DNA of 64,000 nt from an uncultured Actinomycetes bacterium (GCA_963755335.1 CAVWJW010000003.1:68010-132009); one strand, 5' to 3'. Shown: positions 11,885 through 22,609, counted from the first letter of the stretch. The notes: generated by a model not told the origin, from the sequence alone. Numbers and translations are program-made.

Positions 11885-12102
11885 TGTGGGGGATAAAACA
11901 GGACTTCGAGGTACGCCCTCGGTGTACTTTCGGATGACCGGCGCTCCGCCTGCGATCCCCCGCTACTTGCTAGCACGCAGGCGGAGCGTCGGCCTTCTCC
12001 CGTCGGCGCCCTGAGCCGTCGTCTATGGATCGTGCCATAGGCGGACGCCCGATGATTGCACGTACGCAATATTTCCTTGCGGAAATTCGTCACAGCTTGG
12101 CG

Positions 12103-14244
12103 TTACGCCGATTGGCTCGTCGCGGTCGTGATCGCCGTGACGCGGTTGCGGCCGGTGCGCTTCGCCTCGTACATCGCGGCATCGGCTCGGGCGATGAGTG
12201 CATCCGCTGATTCGCCGGGGATCATCAGCGCGACCCCGATGCTGACCGAGGTGCTCAACGCCACCGAGCCGAAAGGGACCGGCTGCGCCACCGCGGCGCG
12301 CACCTTCTCCGCCACCTGCAGTGCGTCCGACGTGGCGTGCACGCCGTCGAGCACGGCGACGAACTCGTCGCCGCCGAAGCGGGCGGCAGGATCGCCGGAG
12401 CGCAGGGACCGGCGAATACGGTCAGCGGTGACGTGTAGAACGGTGTCTCCCGCCGCGTGCCCGTAGGTGTCATTGATCTCCTTGAACCGGTCGAGGTCGC
12501 AGAACAGGATCGCGGTCTCCCGGCCGGGCTGGCGCTGGGCCCGTGTCACCGCACCCAGATGTCCGAGGATCTCGTTCCGGTTGAGCAGACCGGTCAGCTC
12601 GTCATGCTCCGCGCGATGATGCAGCTCCTGCTCGGACTGGACCTCGCGATCGACGACGCGGAAGGAGAACACCGCACCGTCGACGTCACCGTGGGCGTCG
12701 AAGTACGGGCGGGCGTGGACCTCCACCCAGTGATAGTCGAGGTTCTTGTCGCACATGCGCAGGCGACTGATGCGGGCATTGCCGGCGTCCACGGACGCCT
12801 GCTCCTCGAGCAGGTGCGCGATGTCATCCATGTGGACGAAGTCGCAGACGTTGCGGTCCAGCCACGCCTCAGGCGTCCACCCGAGTGCTTCGACGATCGA
12901 CGGGGACACCCAGGAGGCGATGAGGTCTCGATGCCAGATGACCACGTCGGTCGCGTTCTCGGCCAGCAGGCGGTATTTCTCCTCCGATGCGGCGATCGCG
13001 TCCAGGTGCGACTGGCGCTCGGTCACGTCCCGCCAGATCACGCTGAGGGTCTCGTCGACGCGAATGCCGCGGATGTCGGCTCGCCGGGAGATCGAGGGCT
13101 CGAACGGAGTGCGGTAGGGCACCGCATCCAGGATCAGTGGTTCGCCGGAGCCCATCGCCGAGCGGAGCGTGTCCAGCAGGTCGGCCTTCACGCCCGGCAG
13201 CTCGGTCAGCCGGCGTCCGACCACCCCGCCTCGCGGCATCCCGAGCATGTCCTCGCCCGCTGCGTTGATCTCCTCGCAGGTGAAGTCGGTGATGGTCCCG
13301 TCCGCGTCGCGCAGGGGACGGAGCAGCGCGTGCGGGTCGAGCAGCGAGTCGAGGATCGCTTGGAGTCGGGTTGCGTTCTCCGTGATCGTGTCGCGGGCAC
13401 GGACGAGGTCGTCGGTGTCAACGAGGCTCCCGATCACGCCATTCGGCTGCCCGTCCTCCGCGAAGGTATGGGCCGTGTTGCAGCGCATCCAGCGGTAGGT
13501 GCCGGACCTCTCCCGGACGCGGACGATCACGTCGCGCACGTCCGGGTCAAACGGCCGCGGGCTCGGACGATCGCCCACATTATCGAGCGGCTCTCGTCTC
13601 TCGCGGCGGACGAGGTCGATGGCCCGAGAGCCGATCAGGTCGTCGGGCGGCCAGTCGAGCAGGCGGGTGACCGCCGGCGACACCCAGGTGATGCGGCCAT
13701 CCTCGTCTGCGGTGAACAGGATGTCGGAGGTGTGCTCGGCGATCAGGTTCAGGCGTTGCTCGGCCCGCACCCGGCGGTCGATCTCCCGGAACGACCCGAC
13801 GACGTCCCCGGCTGCCAGGGTGGGCGGGTGTCCGGCCAGCGTCACCAGAACCCAGGCCTCCCGACCGTCCTTGCGACGCATGCGGAGCACGTCACGATTG
13901 GGGTCCCCGTTCTCCAGTCGACGCAGCAGGTCCGCCAGACGCGGGAGATCTGCTTCGTTGACGAACTCGGCCAGCGGCCGGTCGGCCAGCTCCGCGCTGG
14001 TCCAGCCCAGGACCCTCTCAACGGTTCCAGCAACCCAGGTCAGGATTCCGGAGTTCATCAGCAGGAGGGGATCCGGGCTGCTCTCCGCGAGCAGCGCCCG
14101 CCAACGGTTGGGATCCTCGTCGTGCGACGCCATCCCCGGCTGACTCGCCACGTCGACACCCGCTCCCACGTTCTTCGCGCTCGTTGCTTGACGCTGGTAC
14201 TGCTCAGGCCGAGATGGCCATCGGCCCCCTTCGCTCAGTGTCAC
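12103..14244 (-). CDS. Multi-PAS diguanylate cyclase
   Basis: Four PAS-like repeats; HDELTGLLNR, DLDRFKEINDTYGH, RSGD I-site, ARFGGDEF. Confidence 0.92.
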   Translation of the reverse strand: MTLSEGGRWPSRPEQYQRQATSAKNVGAGVDVASQPGMASHDEDPNRWRALLAESSPDPLLLMNSGILTWVAGTVERVLGWTSAELADRPLAEFVNEADLPRLADLLRRLENGDPNRDVLRMRRKDGREAWVLVTLAGHPPTLAAGDVVGSFREIDRRVRAEQRLNLIAEHTSDILFTADEDGRITWVSPAVTRLLDWPPDDLIGSRAIDLVRRERREPLDNVGDRPSPRPFDPDVRDVIVRVRERSGTYRWMRCNTAHTFAEDGQPNGVIGSLVDTDDLVRARDTITENATRLQAILDSLLDPHALLRPLRDADGTITDFTCEEINAAGEDMLGMPRGGVVGRRLTELPGVKADLLDTLRSAMGSGEPLILDAVPYRTPFEPSISRRADIRGIRVDETLSVIWRDVTERQSHLDAIAASEEKYRLLAENATDVVIWHRDLIASWVSPSIVEALGWTPEAWLDRNVCDFVHMDDIAHLLEEQASVDAGNARISRLRMCDKNLDYHWVEVHARPYFDAHGDVDGAVFSFRVVDREVQSEQELHHRAEHDELTGLLNRNEILGHLGAVTRAQRQPGRETAILFCDLDRFKEINDTYGHAAGDTVLHVTADRIRRSLRSGDPAARFGGDEFVAVLDGVHATSDALQVAEKVRAAVAQPVPFGSVALSTSVSIGVALMIPGESADALIARADAAMYEAKRTGRNRVTAITTATSQSA

Positions 14245-14917
14245 TGCCGCGGATCAGGCCAAGTGAGGCAGCCACGACGACCGCCTCATGGCGGTCGTGC
14301 ACGTCGAGTGCCCGGTAGATGTTCAGGGACTCGGCGCGCACGGTCGAGTCGCTGAACCCGATGCGCGACGCGATCTGCCGATTCGTCAGTCCGTCGCCCA
14401 TCAGTTGGACGATGCGCAACTGTCGCGGCGTCAGATCATCGGGAGAGGCGTCCAACGGATGCGGTCGTGTCAGATCTGGGGGCGCAGCGTGCGCCGCGGC
14501 ATGGCCGGCGACGTAGATGGTCAGGGGATCGATCACGCATCGCACGGTGTCGGCGACGCGATCATGATCTGCCGCATCCGTCAGGACGAGGGTCAGCTCA
14601 CCACGCGAGGCCGACGACGTGCCGAGGGGCCAGTGGAAGACGCGGCCGGCGAGGCGCTCGTCGACATGGTCTGCGTGCTCGCCGTGCACGGGCCAGTCGG
14701 CAACCTGATCGAGGTAGGCGGCCACCATGGTGCTGCCGTCGGTCGCCGTGGTCGTGATCACGGCACCCTGTGCGCCGAGCGGCCAGCAGAACAGGCCGAC
14801 CAGGAAGCGACTTGTCTCGGCCAGCGTCGGACAACTGGCCAGGTAGCCGGTGAAGGTCGCCGTGTGCAGGGCGATCGCGTCGCCACCTGCGTATTCGGTC
14901 GTCACGGATGACATCAA
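14204..14917 (-). CDS. LuxR-type HTH regulator with unrecognised N-terminal domain
   Basis: LTPRQLRIVQLMGDGLTNRQIASRIGFSDSTVR; no receiver domain. Confidence 0.82.
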   Translation of the reverse strand: MMSSVTTEYAGGDAIALHTATFTGYLASCPTLAETSRFLVGLFCWPLGAQGAVITTTATDGSTMVAAYLDQVADWPVHGEHADHVDERLAGRVFHWPLGTSSASRGELTLVLTDAADHDRVADTVRCVIDPLTIYVAGHAAAHAAPPDLTRPHPLDASPDDLTPRQLRIVQLMGDGLTNRQIASRIGFSDSTVRAESLNIYRALDVHDRHEAVVVAASLGLIRGSDTERRGPMAISA

Positions 14918-15032
14918 GCACCCCCAATTGCCCTGTACTGCTCACGGCCAACGTAGGACGCTCGGTTCACAGGCAGTTCAAGGGAAGTTGTGCTTTCTTT
15001 CACAAAGCGGACGTTCGACCCCTTGAAACGAT

Positions 15033-17409
15033 TCAGCGGGCGACGGAGTGGTGGTCGGGGTCGAAGAAGTAGCCGAAGCCGCGCTTGTTCTTGATGTAGC
15101 CGGGGTTCCGTCCGTCCTCGCCGAGCTTCTGGCGCAGGCGGCTGAGGTGCACCTCGATGGTGTGGGCATCGCCGACCCAGGAGACACCCTGCACCGCGCG
15201 GAAGAGGTCGTCGGCGGATCTCACGACGCGCGGGCGCCCCGCGAGCTCGGTGAGGATGGCGAACTCCAGGCGCGTCAGCTCGATGTCGGCGCCGTTCAGG
15301 ATCGCCGCGCGGGTCGGGAAGTCGATGACCAGGCCGTCGAAGGCGATCCGGTCCTGCGCCGTCCCGGTCGACGCCGAGCCACTCACGGTGGGGAGGTACG
15401 CGTCCATCGCGGCGGTCGCGCTCTCAGCGCCGACTGTCGATGGCTCGCTCAGGCTGAAGGTCACACTGAGGACGTCGTCGACGCGGATGGCCTGGATGGC
15501 CAGCGTTTCGTCGCGACCCGGTCAATTCGAAGTCCGGATAGAGCGCTCGATGGCTGAGCATCTCGCCATCGTTCATCGCCTTGACTGCGGCCTCATGGAA
15601 ACGGTGTGTCAGATGCTGCTCGGAACAAGTTCGATGTGGCGTGCCCGACGAGGTCTGCCGGCCGAACACCGAGGGCCTCACCGGCGGCCTCGTTGACCGA
15701 GATCCACTCGAAATCGACGATGTCGCCGTCGCGCGTCCCGGATCGGCGCGGCGAGCGCATGTGCGGGAGGGTCATTCGGCTCAGGACGGCGCGAAGGTGC
15801 TCCTCGGAGTCTCGCGCACGCTGAAGTGCGTCGTGCCACGTGGTGACATCGCGGGACGTGACGCTGATCGTGTCTCCGGCCGGCACGACGCTGACGTCGA
15901 AGTAGTGGGTTGCGCCGCTGTCGGACAACGCCACAGGGTGGCTGGGAATGGCTATCGGCTGATCTGGTCTGCAGCGCGCTGATGGCAATGCCCAGCAGCT
16001 CCTGGCGGTTGTCGGAGTCGCCCACCTCGAGGATGCTCCGGCCGATGTAGTACTCCTGCGGCCTGCCGCTGCGTTCGCACAGCGACCTGTTGACGTCGCT
16101 GTAGATGAGATCGACGACCTCCCCTGACGCATCGCGTACGGGCCGCAGGAGGGCGATCGCGTCGGCAGAGGTGTCGACGACCGCCCGCACCCGATCGGTG
16201 GCCTCCCGGGCCACCTCTTGGGCAAGCACTTCGACAGTCACGTCGACCACGTGGCCGACGACGGTCCTGGCTGCCAGGCCCGCCGTCGATATCCGATACG
16301 AAGATGTCGGCCCAGACGGTGGTCCCGTCCGGGCGCAGGTAGCGCTTGCGCCGCCGGAAGCCCTCACGGTTACCTACCAGCATCTCGTCGAGCAGGTGAG
16401 CGTCGATGTCGACGTCGTCAGGGTGGGTGATGTCTCGCCATGTGCAGGTGACGAGCTCCTCGGGCGTGCGTCCGAGGATCCGGCACAGCGCGGGATTGAC
16501 CTCGAGGAACCGGCCGGTGTCCGGATCGACCAGGCAGACGCCGATGGGGGCTGTCGACATCGCAGCCATGAATGCCTGAACTCCACCCTGGGTGCGCGGC
16601 AGGTCTTCGCTTCGCCGCGGCCCTCCGCCTGGCTTCGCTGGGCGATGGGCGGCGGTCACGTCGCGGAAGGTGTAGATGAATCCGTCGCCGAGCTTGGTGG
16701 CCCGCGCCGACACCCACGCCTCCCCGTTGGCGTTGGGCATGGGGAAATCGTCCAGGATGAGGGGACTACCGGCTTCGACGATGCGCACGCCCGTCTCGAT
16801 GGCCTCCGGAATGAGCTGCATCGCGAAGACGTGGTGCAGGGACCTGCCGATGACCTGACCGCGCGGCATCCCCAGGAATTCGCAGAGCGCCTGATTCGCA
16901 TGCAGGTGGACGAAGTCGACGATGGTCCCGTGCTCGTCACGGACCGACTTGACGATCCCCTGGGGATCCATCATGCCGTCCGTCACGGCCTCGAGCAGGC
17001 CTCCGGTCCAGGCGCTTTCGGTCGGTGGACGCACCTCGGCGTCGATGTCACGTGCCAGGCCTACGTAGCCGGTGATGAGTCCGTTTGCGTCGCGTGTCGG
17101 CTGGCTGCGGCTCTCGACCCACCGGTAGCTGCCGTCGAAGCGGCGCAGGCGTCCGCGGAAGTAGACGACCTCGCCGCCATCGCGGCTTCGGCCGTTAGGC
17201 ACGACATCGTCGGGGTGGATCAGATCGCCGAGCGTGACCCCGACAAGTTCGTCCGGGCCGAACCCCAGAAGGCGACGCACGGAGGGGGAGACCCACTCGA
17301 TCACGAAGTCGGCATCGCTGCGGATGAGCACGTCGGAGCCGGTCGAGTTGACCAGGTACTCCCAGATCTGCCGATCGTCGACACCCGAGGACTGCACGTG
17401 CCCTGACAC
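15033..17409 (-). CDS. 5xPAS + OmpR-type winged-HTH regulator, several frameshifts
   Basis: PAS segments spread over ORFs 15952..17586, 15678..16367, 15593..16225, 15424..15681; C-terminal ELTRLEF.IL..L...IEVHLSRLRQKL..PGYI...RGFGY in 15033..15464. Confidence 0.7.
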
Positions 17410-17913
17410 TTCGCACCTCCCCCAAGGCGGAATCCCGCGGATCCATTCTCTCCTGCACCCCAATTGTGCGCGTGTTGGTTGCGCACACGCAAAGGTGGGG
17501 GTCCTGGATCGCTGGCGAAAGGGGGCGGACCCGCGCAGGGCGGGCCCGCCCTGTCCCCTCGTCATCCGCTCCGGCGGGCGCTTCATCCTCCGTGAGCGAG
17601 GGGGTGCTTAGGAGGGGCGGTGCCGGCTGTGACGGGGGACGGATTCAGACCGGTCGGTCGACCGGAATCCCATTTCACCGCGGGGGAGGGGCATCGCTCA
17701 AGACCCCGCGGCGAACATGGACGGACACTGGACGTCTCTCGGATGGATCAGCCGGGCTCGGGAGGTGACGCGTGACCTCGTGATGACACCATCACGGCCC
17801 TGCGCATGTTCCTGACTCGCTTCGCCTCGCTTGGGTAGTTCCTGGCGATTATCGTCGTGAGCGGCCTCGACAGACTGGGTCCTGGCTGAGCGGGCAATGG
17901 GGGAGGACCGCGC

Positions 17914-19696
17914 GTGCCGAGGCGCAACGGGGGATCGAGCGAGCTCGCGTGGCAGGTTCTTGCGCTTGTTCCAGGCGCCGTCGCCATGGCTGCGGCCGTC
18001 TGGCAGTCGAGTGGCGTTGTGCGCGGCGCCCGGTACTTCACGCTGTCGGACGACGCGATGGTGTCGATGACGTATGCGAGGACCTTGGCAGACACCGGCG
18101 AGTGGGTCTGGTTCGCCGGAGCGGACCGGGTCCAGGGGTTCACGAATCCCTTGTGGACCCTCTGGATGACAGCCCTCCACCTGGTGGGGCTCGAAGGCTC
18201 GACCGCCGCGCTGGCGGTGAGCCTCACGGGGGTTCTCGTCGTGCTGGCCATCGGTCTCGTCGTTGCCAAGATCGTTCGCTGGGCAACCATGGGAGTCGCC
18301 GGTTCACTTGTCGCGTCGGCGGCTGCGGGCGGTACCGTCACGCTGACCTTCCCGCTCGTGTTCTGGAGCCTTCGCGGCATGGAGGTGGGGCTGCTGGCAT
18401 TGTTCTTGGTGCTCGTGGCGTGGGGACTGGTCAAGGCCGTGACCGACTGGGAGAGTGGCCGCTCCGGCTCGTGCGGGACTGGCCTTGGCCTCGGTGTGCG
18501 GGGTCGCTGGTGTGGCGACACGACTGGATTTCGTGGTCGTGGTCGTTGCTGCTCTTGGCGTTGCGTGCGGGTGGCCGTCGAGATGGAGTGTCCGATCACG
18601 GTTGGTGCTTGCGGTCGGCGTGCCGCTGATCGCGGCGCTAGCGGTGATCGTCATCTCACAGCAGCAGTACTGGGGCGATTGGTTGCCGAACACCTACCGC
18701 CTGAAGATGGACGGGGTGGTCTTGCTCGACCGCCTGGAAAGGGGAGCGGTGACAGCCGGCAGGGCGCTCCCCGTGGTCGCGCTTGCGGCGACCGGCTGCT
18801 GGATTGTCGCGAGGCGCTATCCGACGGACTCAGTTGCCCGACGTATGACCGGCATCCTCACAGTCATGAGCGCGACACTGCTCCTGTACAGCGTCTGGGT
18901 CGGGGGCGACGCGTGGGAGCACTTCGGCATCCTCAACCGCTATGTAGCGGTCGCACTGCCGGCCGTCGTCGCCGTGCTCTTTGTTGGCGCTCAGCAGTTT
19001 GTCGTCATCGGACCAGAGCGAGGAAGGCGACTGAGCCCCGTTCTCGTTGTGTTCGTGCTTTCGGCTCTCGGCTTCGGCCTCGTCACGAGCCCCATGCGCT
19101 TCGACGTCCTCGCTGCCGTTCAGTCGATCGTCCTCTTCCTACTCGTCGTACTTCTCGTCTCGATGGCCGTTCGCGACACCGCGCATCTCGCGAATCGGAG
19201 GAAGGCGGTCGTCATTGTGAGTGCCGCACTCCTCTTCCTGGTCTCCACGAGTGTTCTCCCTTGGCGCAACTTCGTGGCAGCGCCTGAGAGCCTTGAGATA
19301 CCGCTCGAACTGGACCGGATCGCGTCCGGTTTGGACATTGCCGAGGTGACGCGGATCGGCGCCACTGTCGCGGTCGTTGCCGCCGGCTCCGAGGCGTACT
19401 ACGGCGATCGCGCAATGGTCGACCTGCTCGGCAAGAGTGACCGCCACATTGCCACAGGCACGCCGGTGCCTGGCGAGTTCAGTCCGGGTCATTCGAAGGC
19501 TGATCTGGCCTACAGCCTCGGGAAGCTGCGGCCGGATCTGCTGTGGTTGGAGCCGACCGCAGATTTGGAGCCGGTTATGCGGGCGAACCCGTGGGGCTAC
19601 GTGCGGAGGTGTGCTCGCGACGGTCGGGCCTTCTACGTGCAGCCCCACAGTCCCTTCGTCACTTGGTCTTCCACGCGTGGGTGCACGGCTTTATGA
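17914..19696 (+). CDS. Polytopic GT-C-like glycosyltransferase, frameshift near 18470-18500
   Basis: DDAM.SM.YAR, VQGFTNPLW, GMEVG, TRLD, YWGDWLPNTY.LK, VWVGGD, DLLG..D.HIA, PGH.K; many hydrophobic helices. Confidence 0.75.
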
Positions 19697-19865
19697 CGAA
19701 ACCGTCATCTTCGCCAGCGCCCCTCGTCAGACCACGCCTGCCGTAGCAGAGTCTGGGATCAGTGCTCGCTCCTTAGAGGGCACCGCCTGTCATCAGCCAG
19801 GGCCCGATGACCGACCCACGCGAGCCGGTGATGTCGGCTTGCCTCCGACTACGGGGAGGTAACGA

Positions 19866-20675
19866 ATGATCAAGCGAAAGATCGTGTTCGGACTGAGCGC
19901 CGCTCTGGTGCTCGGCGTCCTTGCTGCGGCTCCGGTCGCGGCTGCGCCTCGCGGACCCTATGTCTGCACGGGTGGATCGATTCCAGCCGGAACGTATCGA
20001 GGACTCGTCGTGACGGGTTCCTGCATGTTCGGTGGCGATGTGACGATCAACGGCGGCCTGAGGGTCGAGCCGGGCGCCAGCCTGAATGACCACGCGGCGT
20101 CACAAGCGACCGTGCGCGTCAACGGCGGTGTCTACGTTGGCGAAGGCGCGGTCCTGGGACTCGGCGCATACGGGCCGCCCGGAATCAAGACGGCAACCCA
20201 GGTCAACGGCGGGATCTTCGCGGACAATCCGCTCTCGCTGTATCTGAGCGGCATCACGGTGAACGGCAACGTGACCTCGCTTGGCGGGGTCGACCCGGCC
20301 TTCACCGGAGACCTGTCCGAGTTCCGCAACTTCCCCTTCAAGGACAACACGATCAACGGCAACGTCACGGTCCAGGGCTGGAAGGGCGGCTGGATCGGAC
20401 TCATCAGGAACCAGGTCAGCGGAAGCGTCACGTTCGCAGAGAACAGCAGCATGCTCGTCGAGACACCTGACGGTTGCGGGTTCGAGCCGGGTGAGACACC
20501 GTGCTCGGGCTCGGCACCAGGGATCGATTCCGACTCGTCTGAGGTGCAGACCAACGTGATCCAGGGAAACCTCCGGTGCTTTGACAACGTGCCGGCGGCC
20601 CAGGTCAACGCCCTCGATGGCGGGCAGCCCAACCAGGTGAGCGGGCAGAAGCGCGGGGAGTGCGCCGCGCTGTAG
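19866..20675 (+). CDS. Secreted protein with beta-solenoid-like (I/V)NG(G/N)V repeats
   Basis: RBS GGAGGT, signal peptide, recurring INGG/VNGG/VNGNV/INGNV/IQGNL, six Cys. Confidence 0.75.
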   Translation: MIKRKIVFGLSAALVLGVLAAAPVAAAPRGPYVCTGGSIPAGTYRGLVVTGSCMFGGDVTINGGLRVEPGASLNDHAASQATVRVNGGVYVGEGAVLGLGAYGPPGIKTATQVNGGIFADNPLSLYLSGITVNGNVTSLGGVDPAFTGDLSEFRNFPFKDNTINGNVTVQGWKGGWIGLIRNQVSGSVTFAENSSMLVETPDGCGFEPGETPCSGSAPGIDSDSSEVQTNVIQGNLRCFDNVPAAQVNALDGGQPNQVSGQKRGECAAL

Positions 20676-20706
20676 TTCGGCAGTTGTCTTGACTCGCAGC
20701 AGTTCA

Positions 20707-20745
20707 CTGGCGGGGAGGTCCGATTCGCATGGACCTCCCCGCCAG
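20707..20745. terminator. Hairpin between convergent genes
   Basis: Perfect 15-bp inverted repeat CTGGCGGGGAGGTCC / GGACCTCCCCGCCAG. Confidence 0.7.
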
Positions 20746-20849
20746 CGCGTGCCGAACCGCGTCAGATGCCCAGGTAGCTTGGTGAAACGGTGCAGAACAC
20801 GACCCCTCCGCAGGATCGACCTCAGGGGCGGTTCCCGGCGGCCTGCCCG

Positions 20850-21023
20850 TCACCCAGTGGGAAATCCCTTCACAACGCTGGGGGCGGTGTCATCGATCTT
20901 GTTGCAGCGTGCGCATGCGAGGAACCTCGTTTGGCCGTCGGCGCCGCCGCGGAGTCTCCAGTCATGAAGGTGGAGCATGCACCGGAATGACTGCTTGCGT
21001 TCTCCGTCGTAACCCGCGCTCAT
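20850..21023 (-). CDS. 57-aa Zn-ribbon-like microprotein (DUF1660-like), copy 3
   Basis: MSAGYDGERKQSFRCMLHLHDW...LACARCNKIDD; RBS GAGGAGGT. Confidence 0.72.
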   Translation of the reverse strand: MSAGYDGERKQSFRCMLHLHDWRLRGGADGQTRFLACARCNKIDDTAPSVVKGFPTG

Positions 21024-21128
21024 GGGACCTCCTCGCGAATGCCAACGAAGGTACTCCGGCGTTCTGCGGCCGACAAGATTCATGAGGGTCTGGAGCGACG
21101 AGGCGGAACAACCCCAGTGGGAACAGGC

Positions 21129-21302
21129 TTACCTACTTGGGAATGGTGGAAGTCTCTTCGCGTCGACCGGCGCGCGACCGTCAACCTTGCCGCAGCGGTA
21201 GCAGAGCGCGTAGCGATCACCGTTGCCTCGGCGTACGTCATGCCACTGGTGCAGTCCGATCCGACAACGAAGGGACCTGCGCGGCGGGGGAGGTTCGGCC
21301 AC
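21129..21302 (-). CDS. 57-aa Zn-ribbon-like microprotein (DUF1660-like), copy 2
   Basis: SLRCRIGLHQW...YALCYRCGKVD; GTG start with RBS GAGGAG. Confidence 0.7.
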   Translation of the reverse strand: MAEPPPPRRSLRCRIGLHQWHDVRRGNGDRYALCYRCGKVDGRAPVDAKRLPPFPSR

Positions 21303-21455
21303 GTCAACTCCTCGCATTCTCGACGACAGTAACGCCGAGTGCAGACGATCCACAATGGGTCTATCGTCCGCCATCTGGATCGTTGATCTGACGTTCCAGT
21401 GCCTGGTGATTGGTCGTGGGGAGCTGCTCGACGTCGAGGCTGAAGAGTTTCGTTT

Positions 21456-21622
21456 CTAGCCGGGGGCAGATGGAAACTCCGGCATGGCCTCGTCGTCGAC
21501 ACGGTTGCATCGAGCGCACGCCATGTAGCGGGTCGTTCCCGCAGCTTTGCGAACCTTCCACTTGTGGAGGCCGAGAACGCACAAGGGGACCACTTCCGAT
21601 CACCGTCGTAGGTGGCGCCCAT
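21456..21622 (-). CDS. ~55-aa Zn-ribbon-like microprotein, copy 1 (1-nt deletion in a C run near 21587)
   Basis: MGATYDGDRKWS / LCVLGLHKW...YMACARCNRVDD; RBS GGAGG. Confidence 0.65.
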
Positions 21623-21842
21623 CGGTCCTCCCGGAGATCGCTCTGATTCTCGGGAGCCTACGGTTCAACGAAGGCGAGATCCCGTCAAGGCGCGATTGGG
21701 CCAGCGTCGACGTAGTCCCAGGGTGACTCCCCGGATCGGCGAGGTGAGCAGGGTGCCTCGGTCCCGTCGCTTGATCAGCGCTGGGCCGGGACATCCCCAC
21801 GTCGTCAGCGAGAAGTCAGCCCCTGCGCATACCTTCGCCACA

Positions 21843-22103
21843 GTGAAGGTCCGTCGGCTCGTGCGCGTCGAGGCCGTGATCGAGCGGCCACCCGCCCCGC
21901 CGTGGATCGGCGACCTCCCGTTCCCCGAGCGCACCGCCTTCTGGCCGGGGACGATGGTGGACTGGCGGTGGGTCGACAAGCCGCAGGGGACGTGGACGGC
22001 GTTGGTGCAGTACCGGCGCGAGGGGCTGACCTACCTGCACTGGGTCAGCGGGGAACTCCTCGACGTCGAGCCGGAGAACGACGAAACGGCACCGATCCCG
22101 TAG
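21843..22103 (+). CDS. 86-aa hypothetical Trp-rich protein, probably leaderless
   Basis: High-GC3 codon usage from GTG 21843; AGTCAG-N10-TACCTT ends 7 nt upstream. Confidence 0.6.
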   Translation: MKVRRLVRVEAVIERPPAPPWIGDLPFPERTAFWPGTMVDWRWVDKPQGTWTALVQYRREGLTYLHWVSGELLDVEPENDETAPIP

Positions 22104-22230
22104 AACCGATGCCGCCGCTGACGAGCGCGGTGCTGCTAGCCGAGGCTTGGGAAGCTCCGGGTGCAGACCCAGCCGCCCGTGATCGGCTCGGCCCACTTCT
22201 GCCAACTGTTCCCCCAGCCAGGCACGAGGA

Positions 22231-22524
22231 CTAAGCCTCGCGCGGCGGCCTGGTCGACCCCGTGCAGACATAGCTCTCGTACTCCGCGCGCGCCTGCCGC
22301 TCGAGTTCGTCTTCCGCCGTCTGGTCACCCATCAACGCGAGCGTGAGGAACAGTCCGCGTCGGCGTAGCTCGTCCACGAGTTCGGGCCGCGGGTCCCCAG
22401 ACTCAACGAGGGACTCGAGTAGCACGTCGGGCAGCGATTCGACGGGATCCTCGGGGCCGAAGCAGACGCACGGGAGCAGCCCGTTCTCGTCCCGGAACTC
22501 GTCCATGTTGTCGACCGTCATCAT
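22231..22524 (-). CDS. Acidic hypothetical protein
   Basis: 97-aa ORF, GAGG RBS, coding-like codon usage. Confidence 0.55.
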   Translation of the reverse strand: MMTVDNMDEFRDENGLLPCVCFGPEDPVESLPDVLLESLVESGDPRPELVDELRRRGLFLTLALMGDQTAEDELERQARAEYESYVCTGSTRPPREA

Positions 22525-22587
22525 GTCCGCCTCATTTCGTCCATCATGAACTCATCGTGTGACGTCTGGCGTGGGGAGACTGCTCGA

Positions 22588-22609
22588 GTTGCTACACGGG
22601 TTGCTACAC
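22588..22609. repeat. GTTGCTACAC direct repeat next to tRNA 3' end (integrase arm-site-like)
   Basis: Exact copies at 22588-22597 and 22600-22609. Confidence 0.6.

Noticed and set aside
11966..11981. LacI operator (TTGCTAGCACGCAGG)
   Set aside because: Only a half-palindrome; not enough support.
12457..14355. Long antisense ORFs (also 24224..26164, 26973..28481, 31347..33452, 38034..39524)
   Set aside because: Shadow frames of well-supported genes, expected at high GC; no motifs of their own.
17600..17720. Cobalamin or cyclic-dinucleotide riboswitch
   Set aside because: Only fragmentary resemblance; core conserved elements not found in order.
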